A DNA stretch of 64,000 nucleotides from Eledone cirrhosa (lineage: Eukaryota), in contig OZ024754.1 of NCBI GenBank assembly GCA_964016885.1, forward strand, positions 310,001 through 374,000. Reading direction: 5' to 3'. Of the stretch, positions 41,114-55,333 are shown piece after piece (position 1 is the stretch's first letter; each line of letters begins with the position of its first letter). The notes beneath the pieces were generated by a model, which ran no database searches, was not told where the DNA came from, and saw only the letters and a list, made by a program, of their open reading frames with translations. Made by a program: the position numbers and the translations under genes.

Positions 41114-43243
41114 TTAACCCTTTACCATTTACATTACTCTATATTTACTATTGTATTATTGTTGTAAAGGCTTTAGCGCACATAATATCTCACATATCAT
41201 TTACATTACTCTATATATACTATTGTATTTTCACAGTAAAGGCTTTACCTCACATAATATCTCACATATCATTTACATTACTCTATATTTACTATTGTAT
41301 TTTCACAGTAAAGGCTTTACCTCACATAATATCTCACATAACATTTACATTACTCTATATTTACTATTGTATTTTCACAGTAAAGGCTTTACCTCACATA
41401 ATATCTTACATAACATTTACATTACTCTATATTTACTATTGTATTTTCACAGTAAAGGCTTTACCTCACATAATATCTCACATAACATTTACATTACTCT
41501 ATATATACTATTGTATTTTCACAGTAAAGGCTTTACCTGACATAATATCTTACATAACATTTACATTACTCTATATTTACTATTGTATTTTCACAGTAAA
41601 GGCTTTACCTCACATAATATCTCACATAACATTTACATTACTCTATATATACTATTATATTTTCATGGTAAAGGCTTTACCTCACATAATATCTCACATA
41701 ACATTTACCTTACTCTATATTTACTATTGTATTTTCACAGTAAAGGCTTTACCTCACATAATATCTCACATAACATTTACATTACTCTATATATACTATT
41801 ATATTTTCATGGTAAAGGCTTTACCTCACATAATATCTCACATAACATTTACCTTACTCTATATTTACTATTGTATTTTCACAGTAAAGGCTTTACCTCA
41901 CATAATATCTTACATAACATTTACATTACTCTATATTTACTATTGTATTTTCACAGTAAAGGCTTTACCTCACATAATATCTCACATAACATTTACATTA
42001 CTCTATATATACTATTATATTTTCATGGTAAAGGCTTTACCTCACATAATATCTCACATAACATTTACCTTACTCTATATATACTATTGTATTTTCACAG
42101 TAAAGGCTTTACCTCACATAATATCTCACATAACATTTACATTACTCTATATATACTATTGTATTTTCACAGTAAAGGCTTTACCTCACATAATACCTCA
42201 CATAACATTTACATTACTCTATATATACTATTGTATTTTCATGGTAAAGGCTTTACCTCACATAATATCTCACATAACATTTACATTACTCTATATATAC
42301 TATTATATTTTCACAGTAAAGGCTTTACCTCACATAATATCTCACATAACATTTACATTACTCTATATATACTATTATATTTTCATGGTAAAGGCTTTAC
42401 CTCACATAATATCTCACATAACATTTACCTTACTCTATATATACTATTGTATTTTCACAGTAAAGGCTTTACCTCACATAATATCTCACATAACATTTAC
42501 ATTACTCTATATATACTATTGTATTTTCACAGTAAAGGCTTTACCTCACATAATACCTCACATAACATTTACATTACTCTATATATACTATTGTATTTTC
42601 ATGGTAAAGGCTTTACCTCACATAATATCTCACATAACATTTACATTACTCTATATATACTATTATATTTTCACAGTAAAGGCTTTACCTCACATAATAT
42701 CTCACATAACATTTACATTACTCTATATATACTATTATATTTTCACAGTAAAGGCTTTACCTCACATAATACCTCACATAACATTTACATTACTCTATAT
42801 ATACTATTGTATTTTCACAGTAAAGGCTTTACCTCACATAATATCTCACATAACATTTACATTACTCTATATATACTATTGTATTTTCACAGTAAAGGCT
42901 TTACCTCACATAATACCTCACATAACATTTACATTACTCTATATATACTATTATATTTTCACAGTAAAGGCTTTACCTCACATAATACCTCACATAACAT
43001 TTACATTACTCTATATATACTATTGTATTTTCACAGTAAAGGCTTTACCTCACATAATACCTCACATAACATTTACATTACTCTATATATACTATTGTAT
43101 TTTCACAGTAAAGGGTTTATCTTACATAATATCTCACATAACATCGAATCTACGAGATTTTGATGTTATTTATTTTGAGAACAATACGTTAACATCAGTA
43201 TGAGCAGTTATGGCTGGTTTGAACATAAAAAGGTGAGAGAATT
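41114..43243. mobile_element. TTAA-flanked (piggyBac-like) MITE carrying a ~28x72-bp satellite; related copies 54205-54435, 57620-58217, 63748-64000
   Basis: Terminus ttaa-CCCTTTACCATTTAC; shared internal sequence gaattctctcacct...aatctcatagattcga; 72-bp unit. Confidence 0.7.
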
Positions 43244-43500
43244 CATTGGTGCAAGAGGGAGTTTGTTGCTGCTACCCTTGGGTTACCTTTGTACGGTACT
43301 GTGGGTTCATCTGGGATCCTGGATAGCAAGGTGTCGAGATGTTTCTTGAAAACATCCACGGCCACACCATGCAGATCTCTCAAATCCCTCGGCAGCTTGT
43401 TGAAGAGTTGAGGGCCTTTGAACCCCAGGGTATTTCAATATCTGCTCCTTATTCTAGATGTAGAAGACGGGACCTTTGGCACCACACAGTGACGTCTCGG
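43243..43500 (-). mobile_element. CR1-like LINE ORF2 C-terminal fragment (in-frame stop)
   Basis: GFKGPQLFNKLPRDLRDLHGVAVDVFKKHLDTLLSRIPDEP...AATNSLLHQ*. Confidence 0.8.
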
Positions 43501-44089
43501 GGGGGGGTTGGTCAAATATTTATCCTCTTTTACTCCTCTCTCCCTCTTCCTCCTCACCACCACCTCCTCCTCCTCCACTACCTCCTTCACCTCCTCCACC
43601 ACCATCACCACCTCTACCACCTCTTCCACCACCGCCATCTACTTCACCTCCGCCCCCCACCACCTCCTCCTTCACCTCCCGCTCCACCACCTCCACCACC
43701 TCCACCTCCTCCTTCACCACAACATCCTCCTCCTTCACCTCCTCCTCCTCTTTCACCCCCCCCCATCACCAGCACCACCACCACCTCTTCCACCTCTTCC
43801 ACCAACGCCATCTGCTTCACCTCCTCCACCTCCACTACCACCACAAGAATCAGTCAATTATTGACTTCACCCCACCCCACTTCTCACTTAAATTACTGGT
43901 GTTCTGCTAAAAATTAGAAATCCATATTTTCAAGGGAAATAAATCTTTTCAAGGGAAGCAATAAGAAAATTAATATACTAAAGTGCTCTCCCGTGAAACA
44001 AATGAATCATTGGTATAAACAACAAATTAGGGTTGTAATTTTTGATCATGTTAACCCAGAGTGAAATAGATAGATATGTAGTGAACGGG

Positions 44090-44420
44090 TATGTGTGTAC
44101 TCTCGAGTCTCGCATAATCCTCTCCCTTCGCATATCAATTTTTCAGATTTTTTCCACCACTTCCGCACATATTCCCACCCTAGGACACAAAGTATTTCAT
44201 ATGGTTCTGCTCTCTTAAATATCACACCAAAATACACCAAGACAGAAAAAGAGCCTATAAAATTCAAAAGATCTCTGGACAAAGAAATTTCCGATAAACC
44301 ATCTACATGTCTCCAGAAATAATAACTCTTTACCGCAGCAAACAATGGTATAAAGAAGGATCTAACAGACTCAATGTAGACGTGGCATGGGTCAGAACTG
44401 CCCGAACCACCTATCAAATT
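44090..44420 (+). mobile_element. Degenerate CR1-like LINE C-terminal fragment
   Basis: SYGSALLNITPKY...KFKRSLDK-ISDKP, homologous pattern to 43243-43500. Confidence 0.45.
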
Positions 44421-44431
44421 ATATATATATG

Positions 44432-44478
<47 letters not shown>

Positions 44479-44575
44479 ATATAAATCAACATGAATGGAC
44501 CTGTTATTTTTATCTAAAGACAATTTTCCCAATTCTACCCGCCAGTCCCTTCAATCTATCTTATTTCTCATTATT

Positions 44576-44611
44576 TCTTCTGATGAAGAACTAGCGTCCG
44601 AAACGTTATGA
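44576..44611 (+). ncRNA. Minimal hammerhead motif, same family as 37856
   Basis: tctt-CTGATGA-agaactagcgtcc-GAAAC-GTT-atga. Confidence 0.55.
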
Positions 44612-44692
44612 CCCTCTTCCTGCTATTTTAAGCGTTAACCTAATATATCTCTTCCATATGCTGTACCAATTGTGTTGTTATTTATGTTTACC

Positions 44693-44811
<119 letters not shown>

Positions 44812-45227
44812 AAAGTAAAATATTAGAGAAAACAATACCACATTCTTGAAAAAATATATTTACTGGCTAACAATTATTTCAAGAACCATATCAAAATTCT
44901 TAACGTACAGATGATAATTATCGATTATATAATCGATAATAGTAAATAGATATTAAACAATAAAAAATAAAAGATTGATATGGTCCCCTCATCGGAGCCA
45001 AAATGAAAAATAAACATACAAATTCAAAAATACATATAAAATAATAAAATTATTGTGTAAAGTGCTCAGGTGCACTACAACTCGTCAAAGGTGCATTTAT
45101 AGTACATAGAATAATATACAAATGTCAGGGAAGTTAATAGTGTATGAGTCATGATATACATGTGTGTATGTGTATGGAGGGGGAATATTAGGTGTAGTGT
45201 TGGTGAATCTCGGGAAGCATATCGCTC

Positions 45228-45966
45228 AAAAATAGGGACTAGAATAAATGTAATATTTGGGGAATACCTGTCCAGATGAAATAGGGACTAGAATAAATGT
45301 AATATTTAGGGAATACCTGTCTAGATGAAATAGGGACTAGAATAAATGTAATATTTGGGGAATACCTGTCCAGATGAAATAGGGACTAGAATAAATGTAA
45401 TATTTGGGGAATACCTGTCTAGATGAAATAGGGACTAGAATAAATGTAATATTTGGGGAATACCTGTCCAGATTAAATAGGGACTAGAATAAATGTAATA
45501 TTTGGGGAATACCTGTCTAGATGAAATAGGGACTAGAATAAATGTATTATTTAGGGAATACCTGTCTAAATGAAATAGGGACTAGAATAAATGTAATATT
45601 TGGGGAATACCTGTCTAAATGAAATAGGGACTAGAATAAATGTATTATTTGGGGAATACCTGTCTAAATGAAATAGGGACTAGAATAAATGTAATATTTA
45701 GGGAATACCTGTCTAGATGAAATAGGGACTAGAATAAATGTATTATTTGGGGAATACCTGTCTAAATGAAATAAGGACTAGAATAAATGTAATATTTAGG
45801 GAATACCTGTCTAAATGAAATAGGGACTAGAATAAATGTATTATTTAGGGAATACCTGTCTAAATGAAATAGGGACTAGAATAAATGTATTATTTGGGGA
45901 ATACCTGTCTAAATGAAATAGGGACTAGAATAAATGTATTATTTGGGGAATACCTGTCTAGATGAA
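45228..45966. repeat. 49-bp minisatellite (~15 copies)
   Basis: unit aaatagggactagaataaatgtaatatttggggaatacctgtctagatg. Confidence 0.95.
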
Positions 45967-46107
45967 AAAGATGGAAGTAGTAAAAGAATAGATTGTGAAT
46001 TCAACGGATTTAGTCGTTGAAAACAAAAGTTGAGCAAACAAGAAGAGAACCAACACAGACACAGACACACACACAGGTGTGTGTATATTATATATATGTA
46101 TGATGTG

Positions 46108-46148
<41 letters not shown>

Positions 46149-46330
46149 ATTTTGGTAGTTTGGGGAGAAAAACTATAATTATTGCAGGGGTACATACCCC
46201 GCCCCCAGTTCCACCACCACTGTATATATATAATTTTTAAAAATTATGCTGTACCCTTTCCTAAGGGGTTAATATATCGAGCTTCTTCGCATCTGATAAG
46301 AAACTGGTATTATACCCAATTTATTCATCT

Positions 46331-46460
<130 letters not shown>

Positions 46461-46589
46461 CATTTATTTTTGGCTATTGGTGAGCTTTGTTACTCTAAAG
46501 ATTCACCTGTGCACTCACAGGATAACCAGTCTTATCTGATGATCTTGTGAGTACACAATACCCCTCTCTATATCAATTAACAGAGTTAG

Positions 46590-46643
<54 letters not shown>

Positions 46644-47181
46644 ATATGAATAAAGGAATTACTTTTAATTACAAGACATAACCCTTAGGCCATTTATCTT
46701 AATGGAGCACACCCATTATTCGAGGCGTTCCAGTCGTGTATATCCCGTCATATTTCTCAAAATACCTTAATTCTTTCTTTCTTTTGCAAGGTTCCAATGT
46801 ATCATTTAAGGATAGTTTTACTGCTATTTCTACTATGCTGAACGACCGTATATGAGAAGGCTTTACCGCTGACTCTGCTCTGAAAAGGAAAAAAATAGAT
46901 AGAAAACAAAATCTAGAGTTATCTCCACCTGAGGTAGGAGGCGTGTCAGTGGCGTTACCAGAAATATAATGGCGACTAGTGTATGGAGTGAAATCTTTTG
47001 TGTTAAGTGAGTTATTTTTTTGTCTCTTTTACTATATATAGCAAGCTGGATAAATAGAGAAACCATTTACAGAGAGTAAAACAAACTGTAATAAGATAAG
47101 CGAATCTTTAATTTTGAAGCCCTGGTATTGTATTGTTTTATCTGATATGATTGTTTATTGAGTACATTCAATAACAGAGAT

Positions 47182-47256
47182 ATGTCAGTGAAAGCTTTCG
47201 AACTGGTTTCCGCTTTGGAGCGGATTAAATTGATGTCAGATAGAGCCAAGACACAG
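47182..47256 (+). CDS. TGFBRAP1: TGFBRAP1 exon 1
   Basis: [25 protein letters not shown]|gtatgt. Confidence 0.9.
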
Positions 47257-47392
47257 GTATGTCTAATATATTAACTTTGTTTACTTCCACCACACCCCAC
47301 TCTCTCTATCTCTCTCATTATCTCACGCTCATATACCCTTCACATAATTATACTCTTTATACACACATCAATTATTTACAAGCATGGCTTTA

Positions 47393-47448
<56 letters not shown>

Positions 47449-47612
47449 TATGTATGTATATATATATATACACACACACACACACATATGTATATATATA
47501 TATACACGCACATATGCAAGTATTCACATTCTAATATATATATTAGAAAGTAAACAACAATATAACTACTCCATTACGAAAGGTTTTAGGTCCTTAGACA
47601 ATATTAACATAC

Positions 47613-47659
<47 letters not shown>

Positions 47660-49562
47660 TATGTAAATACCTACATATGTGTGTATATATATATATATAT
47701 ATCGATTGTACATTTCATCATATATCGACTACTAATCTAATTTGTTGACTTCGCAGTCCTCACACTGTAGGCACTCCGTTTACACACGTACACACATACA
47801 TACATACATACATATATATATATATGTGTGTGTGTATATATATAAAGAAAGGTACAGTGAAGTGTTTGGTCATCAACTCTAGTGCGTCAATCAACCACAT
47901 CGCCTTTCATTGAAACTCCGACGATATAAGAAGTCCTCTTCCATCTTGTCATCTGCCTTGCTGTCTAAGGAATTGGTTGGAGGAGGAGAGTATAACTGAT
48001 GTAAAGGATCAGAGAGAGATGGAGGATGGGTCAGAGGGAGATGGAGGGTGGGTCAGAGTGGGAGAGAGAGAGAGAGAGAGAGAGATGTAAGGTGGGTCAG
48101 AGTGGGAGAGAGAGAGAGATGTAAGGTGGGTCAGAGTGGGAGAGAGAGAGATGTAGGGTGGGTCGGAGAGAGAGAGAGAGAGAGATGTAGGGTGGGTCAG
48201 AGTGGGAGAGAGAGAGAGAGATGTAGGGTGGGTCAGAGTGAAAGAGAGAGAGAGAGATGTAGGGTGGGTCAGAGTGGGGTCAGGGAGATGTAGGGTGGGT
48301 CAGAGTGGGGTCAGGGAGATGGAGGGTGGGTCAGAGTGGGAGAGAGAGAGAGATGGAGGGTGGGTGGGTCAGAGTGGGAGAGAGAGAGATGGAGGGTGGG
48401 TGGGTCAGAGTGGGAGAGAGAGAGAGATGGAGGGTGGGTCAGAGTGGGAGAGAGAGATGGAGGGTGGGTGAAAATACAAGGGACCGAGATAATGTGAGTG
48501 AGGGAAAGGGAGAGAGAAAGAGGGGGGAGGGTGAGGAGTAGGCGTCGCTTGTTGAACACGTGATCAATTCTACCTTGTTTCCTTAAAATGAAAGTAATGT
48601 CATGAAGTTAATTAATCTGTTTAAAGTAGCAGCAGCAGCAGCGGTGGCGGCGGTGGTGGTGGTGTTGTTGCTGGTGTTGCTGGTGTTGGTGGTGGTGGTG
48701 GTGGTGGTGATGTTGGTGGCGGTGTTGTTGGCGGTGGTGGTGTTGGCGGTGGTGGTGTTGGTGGTGGTGTTGATGGTGGTGGTGGTGGTGGCGGTGTTGG
48801 TGGTGGTGTTGGCGGTGGTGGTGGTGGCGATGTTGGTGTTGGTGGCGGTGTTGTTGGCGGTGGTGGTGTTGGCGGTGGTGGTGGTGGCGGTGGTGGTGGT
48901 GGCGATGTTGGTGTTGGTGGCGGTGTTGATGTTGGTGGTGGTGGTGTTGATGTTGGTGTTGTTGGCGGTGATGGTGCCGTTGTCGTTGGTGGCGGTGGTG
49001 GCGGTGTTGATGGTGCCGTTGTCGTTGGTGGCGGTGGTGGCGGTGTTGTTGGTGGCGGTGGTGGCGGTGTGGCGGTGGTGGCGGTGGTGGCGGTGTGGCG
49101 GTGTTGTTGGTGGCGGTGGTGGCGGTGTGGCAGTTGTCATCGTTGTTTACTTTTAACATTCTCCATCTTATAATGTTGCCTGTTGTTACTTAAACCAAAT
49201 CAATACCCTCTGATCGATCAAACCTACGACTGAGATTAGAGCTGTTCCAACCGTGACCACCACGACCACGCTGGCGTCATCATTGTTGTCCCCCTCCCCT
49301 ACCCTCCCCCTCGATACAACTGAAGGGTTCTCTCAGCCCTTCAATGTCATGGTTTCTACAGTGGGCTGCTCTTCCTATCGCCAACCACCTACATAATATA
49401 GAAATCAAAAGATTCAGGACCCCGACGGCTGTATATACATACACATATATACATATATACATATATACATACACATATATACATATATATATATATACAT
49501 ACACATATATACATATATACATATATACATACACATATATACATATATACATATATATATAC

Positions 49563-49598
<36 letters not shown>

Positions 49599-49788
49599 AT
49601 ACATATATACATATATATATACACATATATACATATATATATATATACATACACATATATACATATATACATATATATATACACATATATACATATATAT
49701 ATATATACATACATACATATATATATACACATATATACATATATATATATATACATACACATATATACATATATATATATATACATAC

Positions 49789-49855
<67 letters not shown>

Positions 49856-52800
49856 CGATATTAATAAATAGAAACTATATTTATAAAACCATATTTATTT
49901 CATTATACATATTTCAGGGATACCAAATTAAATTATGGTGTGCCTTCATCAGACAAAATACAATATATAACAGTTTTACAAATAAGCTTTGACGTACCCT
50001 ATTAAAATGCAACCATTATTTTTGGAAGCCATCCGGATATATATATATATATATATATATTAACAAATGGAAACTATATTTATAAAACCATATTTATTTC
50101 ATTATACATATTTCAAGGGCCACCAAGGTACACTATCGTGCGCTTTCATCAGATAAAATATAATATAGGTTAGTTTTATAAATAAATATTGACATACCCT
50201 TAAAAAATGCAACCATTCTGGTTGGAATCTCCTGGATAGTGCAGTTATTTCTCTTTCTTTCTTTTTTCCCTACACCAACGGTTTAATTTAAATATGCTGT
50301 CATTTAAACCTTTCCGACACTAACTCCTGGATAGTGCAGTTATTGGATTTATTGTTGGTTTATTATGCAAATTAGTATCGGAAAGATTTTTATAACTGAT
50401 ATAAAGCACTCAACTTAGCTGTTGGGTGCTTTATATCAGTTATAAAAATGTTTAAATTAAATATAACCTCTGCATATATATATATATATATATATATTAT
50501 GTAGATTGTATGATGTGTGTATAGCAATTGCTACATGGTAGTGAGAGCTGGGCGTTGTGTGCAGAGCCCCTGTAGAGATTGGAAAGAAATGAAGCTTGTA
50601 TGTTCCCATGTGTAATAGTACCTATGAACAGCAATGAACTGTGAGAGATTATATATCGATATATCTGTTTATCATCCAGATTGAGTGTATTGAAGTCTGT
50701 GGCAAAAATTTGTACATTGGCACCAGTGACTGGTAAGTATTTCTGTTTTATTGGTGTTGTTGTTGTTGTCGTTGTTGTGTGGTGTTGTTGTAGTGTCTAG
50801 TGTTGTTGTTGTGTGGTATTGTAGTGTCTGGTGTTGTTGTTGTTGTGTGGTATTGTAGTGTCTGGTGTTGTTGTAGTGTCTGTTGTTGTAGTGGTGTTGT
50901 TGTTGTAGTATGGTGTTGCTGTCTGGTGTTAGTGTTGTTGTTGTAGTGTCCTGTGTTAGTGTTGTCAGAGAGAGAGAGATGGACAAACACACAGATATAA
51001 AGGTGAGTATATACACCAGTCTATATATACCTGTCTATATACACCTGTCTATATACACCTGTCTACCTGTCTATATACACCTGTCTACCTGTCTATATAC
51101 ACCTGTCTACCTGTCTATATACACCTGTCTACCTGTCTATATACATCTGTCTACCTGTCTATACACACCTGTCTACCTGTCTATATACATCTGTCTACCT
51201 GTCTATACACACCTGTCTACATACACCTGTCTATATACCTGTCTATATACACCTGTCTGTATATACCTGTCTATATACACCTGACTACCTGTCTATATGC
51301 ACCTGTCTATATACACCTGTTTAAATACACCTGTCTACCTGTCTATATACACCTGTCTATATATACCTGCTACCTGTCTATATACACCTGTCTATATTTA
51401 CTAAACACTACTGATTGTATTTCTCCTTTACAGTTTTATTGTCCATTACATTCTCCAAGAATCAACTCCATCACCAAATGGTAAAGTACTTTTCTCCAGT
51501 GAGAAACAACAACATAAATATCTTGGAGTGGTATGTACTCTCTCTCTCTCTCCCCCCCCCTCTCTCTCTCTCTCTCTCACTCTCTCTCACTCTCTCTATC
51601 TCTCTCTAGATCTCACTGTCTCTCTCTCTCACTCTATCTCTCTCTCTCGATCTCACTCTCTCTCTCTCTCTATCTATCTCTAGATCTCACTGTCTCTCTC
51701 TCTCACTCTATCTATCTCACTCTCTCTTTCTAGATCTCTTTCTCTCTCTCTCTCTAGATCTCACTGTCTCTCTCTCTCACTCTCTCTCTCATTCTTCACC
51801 TTTTCTCCTTCAGAACTGTAACTTTTGTTTGGGGTGGCATTAGGGTGACGATCCTAACATACAGCAGGTTTGGGTCAGACATGTTAGACCTAGCAGATCC
51901 CATCTCTCTCCAGATCTGAACACAATTTATTCCAAAGAATGAAAGAGAAAGTGGTTTTGAGGAAGAATGGTACTTCTTTTATTGACATCAAAAAAGGTGA
52001 AAGACCTCTGCAGAATTTGAACTCTGAATGCAGAGCTTCCAGAACAAATACCACAAAGTACTCTGTCTGCTGTTCTATTTACGCTGCCAATTCTCTATAG
52101 TCTCTACTCTACAGTAAAAGCATTTTCAAAAAAATCTGTCCACTAGTAAAGATACTATAAACATTTTAATTAACAAACCCATTTTTAGATATTTTCTGCT
52201 GAATATTACGTATTAACACCCACATTTTTGTCTGTTGCAGAAAAAGCCAGTTGTACAACTGAAAGCAGCCTCAGCCCTCAACAGGATCTTGGTCCTTTGT
52301 GATAATGTCCTCACTTTATTGAACATGTTCAATTTGGAGGTAAGTGTACTTTATTGGTTGTCATTATTTGGATTGGCAGTATCGGTAGAGGGCCGGACGC
52401 CATGCTTTCCAGCATAGTTACGTCTGTTTAAGGTCTGAGTTCAAATCCCGTCGAGGTTAACTTTGCCTTTCATCCTTACGGGGTCGATAAAATAAAGTAC
52501 CAGTAATGTACTGGGTAATTGCTGGCCTTGTGCCAAAAGTAGAAACAATTATTAACTACCATCATCACCATCACCACTGTCAACACTACCATCACCATCA
52601 TCATCACCACCATCACCATCATCACCGTCAACACTACCATCACCATCATCACCATCATCACTACCGTCACCATCATCATCACCGTCAACACTACCATCAC
52701 CATCATCACCACCATCACTACCGTCACCATCATCATCACCACCATCACCGTCATCACCACCTTCACCACCGTCAACACTACCATCACCATCATCACCATC

Positions 52801-55291
52801 ATCACAAATTCTGAACAATTCTTTTTTTCATTTGTTCTCTTTTGTATTTGCTATTTAGCCAATCAGCAGCGGTTCCAGAGTTAAGGGAGTCACATCATTT
52901 TGTTTAAATGAGAACTCAACATCTAGCAATCCTTTTAGTATTGAGGTAAGTGGTTCACAACAAAAGTTTTTATAAACATGTTAATAGCGTTCAGTACCAG
53001 GTCAGCCCTTGCAAATTCAGTTAAACAACAGCAAGGCAAATTTCTCTTTATATCTTCCAACTGGCAAGACCTTCCTCATAATGGGACCGCCCAGTTCCAC
53101 ACTATAAATGTGGTTGGTATTAGGAAGGGCATCCGTAGAGCCAAAATAGAGTTCTGTTTGAACAAAGTACGGCGCAGCCAACTGGCCTGGCTTGCCTCAT
53201 AACGTGGACAAGCTGTAGAAACTAAGTCAAAATACAGATCTTTATTAGCGAGACGTGGTCTGCAGACCTGGCTTGACATGTTCACTTGACCCCTCTAAGC
53301 CATGCAAACATAGAAAAATATGACGTTAAACGGTGGTGATGATGATGATGATCTTAGAAATATAATGAACATCACTACCTGCACACCAGTTACCGTTAAC
53401 AGGGTTGATTCTACTGCGAACATATGCACCAGATTTCTGGTCTGAGTAAATCTTGATATCATGATGTGTTGCAATCCATGAATTGGAGTATTGTTTATAT
53501 TATCTCATGTATTATTATTGTTGTTGTTGTAGATCTGTGTTTCACTGAAGAAGAAGCAAGTCCAGGTCTACACTGTAACAGAAGACCGTATGATTCATGT
53601 AAAAGATGTTAGCCTGAATGACCAAGTTATAGCTTTGGTAAAGACATTCTTACTTGAGAAGATCTCCAACTCTTCCTCATATAATATAGCTACCACCCCC
53701 TCCTTCAGGATACAACATAGCTACACCCTCCCTTCCCCATATAATATAGCTACCACCCCCTCCTTCAGGATACAACATAGCTACACCCTCCCTTCCCCAT
53801 ATAATATAGCTACCACCCCCTCCTTCAGGATACAACATAGCTACACCCTCCCTTCCCCATATAATATAGCTACCACCCCCTCCTTCAGGATACAACATAG
53901 CTACACCCTCCCTTCCCCATATAATATAGCTACCACCCCCTCCTTCAGGATACAACATAGCTACACCCTCCCTTCCCCATATAATATAGCTACCACCCCC
54001 TCCTTCAGGATACAACATAGCTACACCCTCCCTTCCCCATATAATATAGCTACCACCCCCTCCTTCAGGATACAACATAGCTACACCCTCCTTTCCCCAT
54101 ATAATATAGCTACCACCCCCTCCTTCAGGATACAACATAGCTACACCCTCCCTTCCCCATATAATATAGCTACCACCCCCTCCTTCAGGATACAACATAG
54201 CTAATCTTATAGATTCAATATTATGTGAGGTAAAGCCTTTACTGTGAAAATACAATAGTAAATATAGAGTAATGTAAATGTTATGTGAGGTATTATGTGA
54301 GGTAAAGCCTTTACCATGAAAATACAATAGTATATATAGAGTAATGTAAATGTTATGTGAGGTATTATGTGAGGTAAAGCCTTTACTGTGAAAATACAAT
54401 AGTATATATAGAGTAATGTAAATGTTATGGGTTAATATTGTCTGTATTTTTTGGCAGGGTTTAGATGGAAGTCACATATGTGCTGCTCTCTCTAACCAGT
54501 ATTGTATGATCAACTATAAAACAGGTGACATCCAGGACTTATTTCCTTATAATAATGAACACACAAAAGCTATTGTGAAGCGGATTGGTAAGGTAAGATC
54601 TACTGAGCCTACTCCAGTGTGATGGTGGTAGTGGTGTTGGTGGTGGTGGTGCTGGCTGTGGTGGTAGTGTTGGTGGTGGTGGGAGTGTTGTCTGTGGTGG
54701 TGGTGCTGGCTGAGGTGGTAGTGTTGGTGCTGGTAGTGCTGGCTGCGGTGGTTGTGTTGGTGGTGGTGCTGGCTGTGGTGGTGGTAGTGGTGGAGGTTGT
54801 GCTGGCTGTGGTAGTAGTGGTGGTGGTTGTGCTGGCTGAGGTGGTGGTGGTGTTGTCTTCGATGATATGTATAGAAATATGTTTATTACAGCTTGATAAC
54901 ATTTGTCTTCCCCATTAGGTGGATGTTGGGGTCTGTGTAAGTTTGAAAGAATGGCTGGTCCATGTTTGATTTTCAGGAATCATAAATAGAGATTGGCATT
55001 CAGTTTGGGGTGTTTGCTGAGAGTTAGAAGACTGATTGGAGCAATAACAGTCTTATTACATATATAGTTGCACACAGTTCACAAAAACAAGATGGTGTAG
55101 GTCAGAACAAAGGAGTAACAGAAAATAACAAATTAGTCACTGATGAGATCACAATGTGTGATGAAAGAGCTTTAACAAATAAACAACCATCCAGTTATTA
55201 AACTAACCAACTGGAAATTTCACAATAAATTGAAGTGAAAACAAATAGATGTATGAGTGTTTCCAGTGGCAGCGTGACCCTCTCAAAGTAT

Positions 55292-55333
<42 letters not shown>

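Noticed and set aside
41086-43203. 705-aa and 526-aa repetitive ORFs
   Set aside because: Translations of the 72-bp satellite inside a MITE; the same unit occurs inverted in introns.
46508-46557. Imperfect hairpin containing ctgatga upstream of TGFBRAP1
   Set aside because: No downstream GAAA or stem III, so not a hammerhead; no convincing snoRNA box arrangement.
53638-54204. Read-through ORF from exon 6 into the 60-bp repeat
   Set aside because: A GT donor follows 53637 and exon 7 continues the homology; the ORF ends in a stop.
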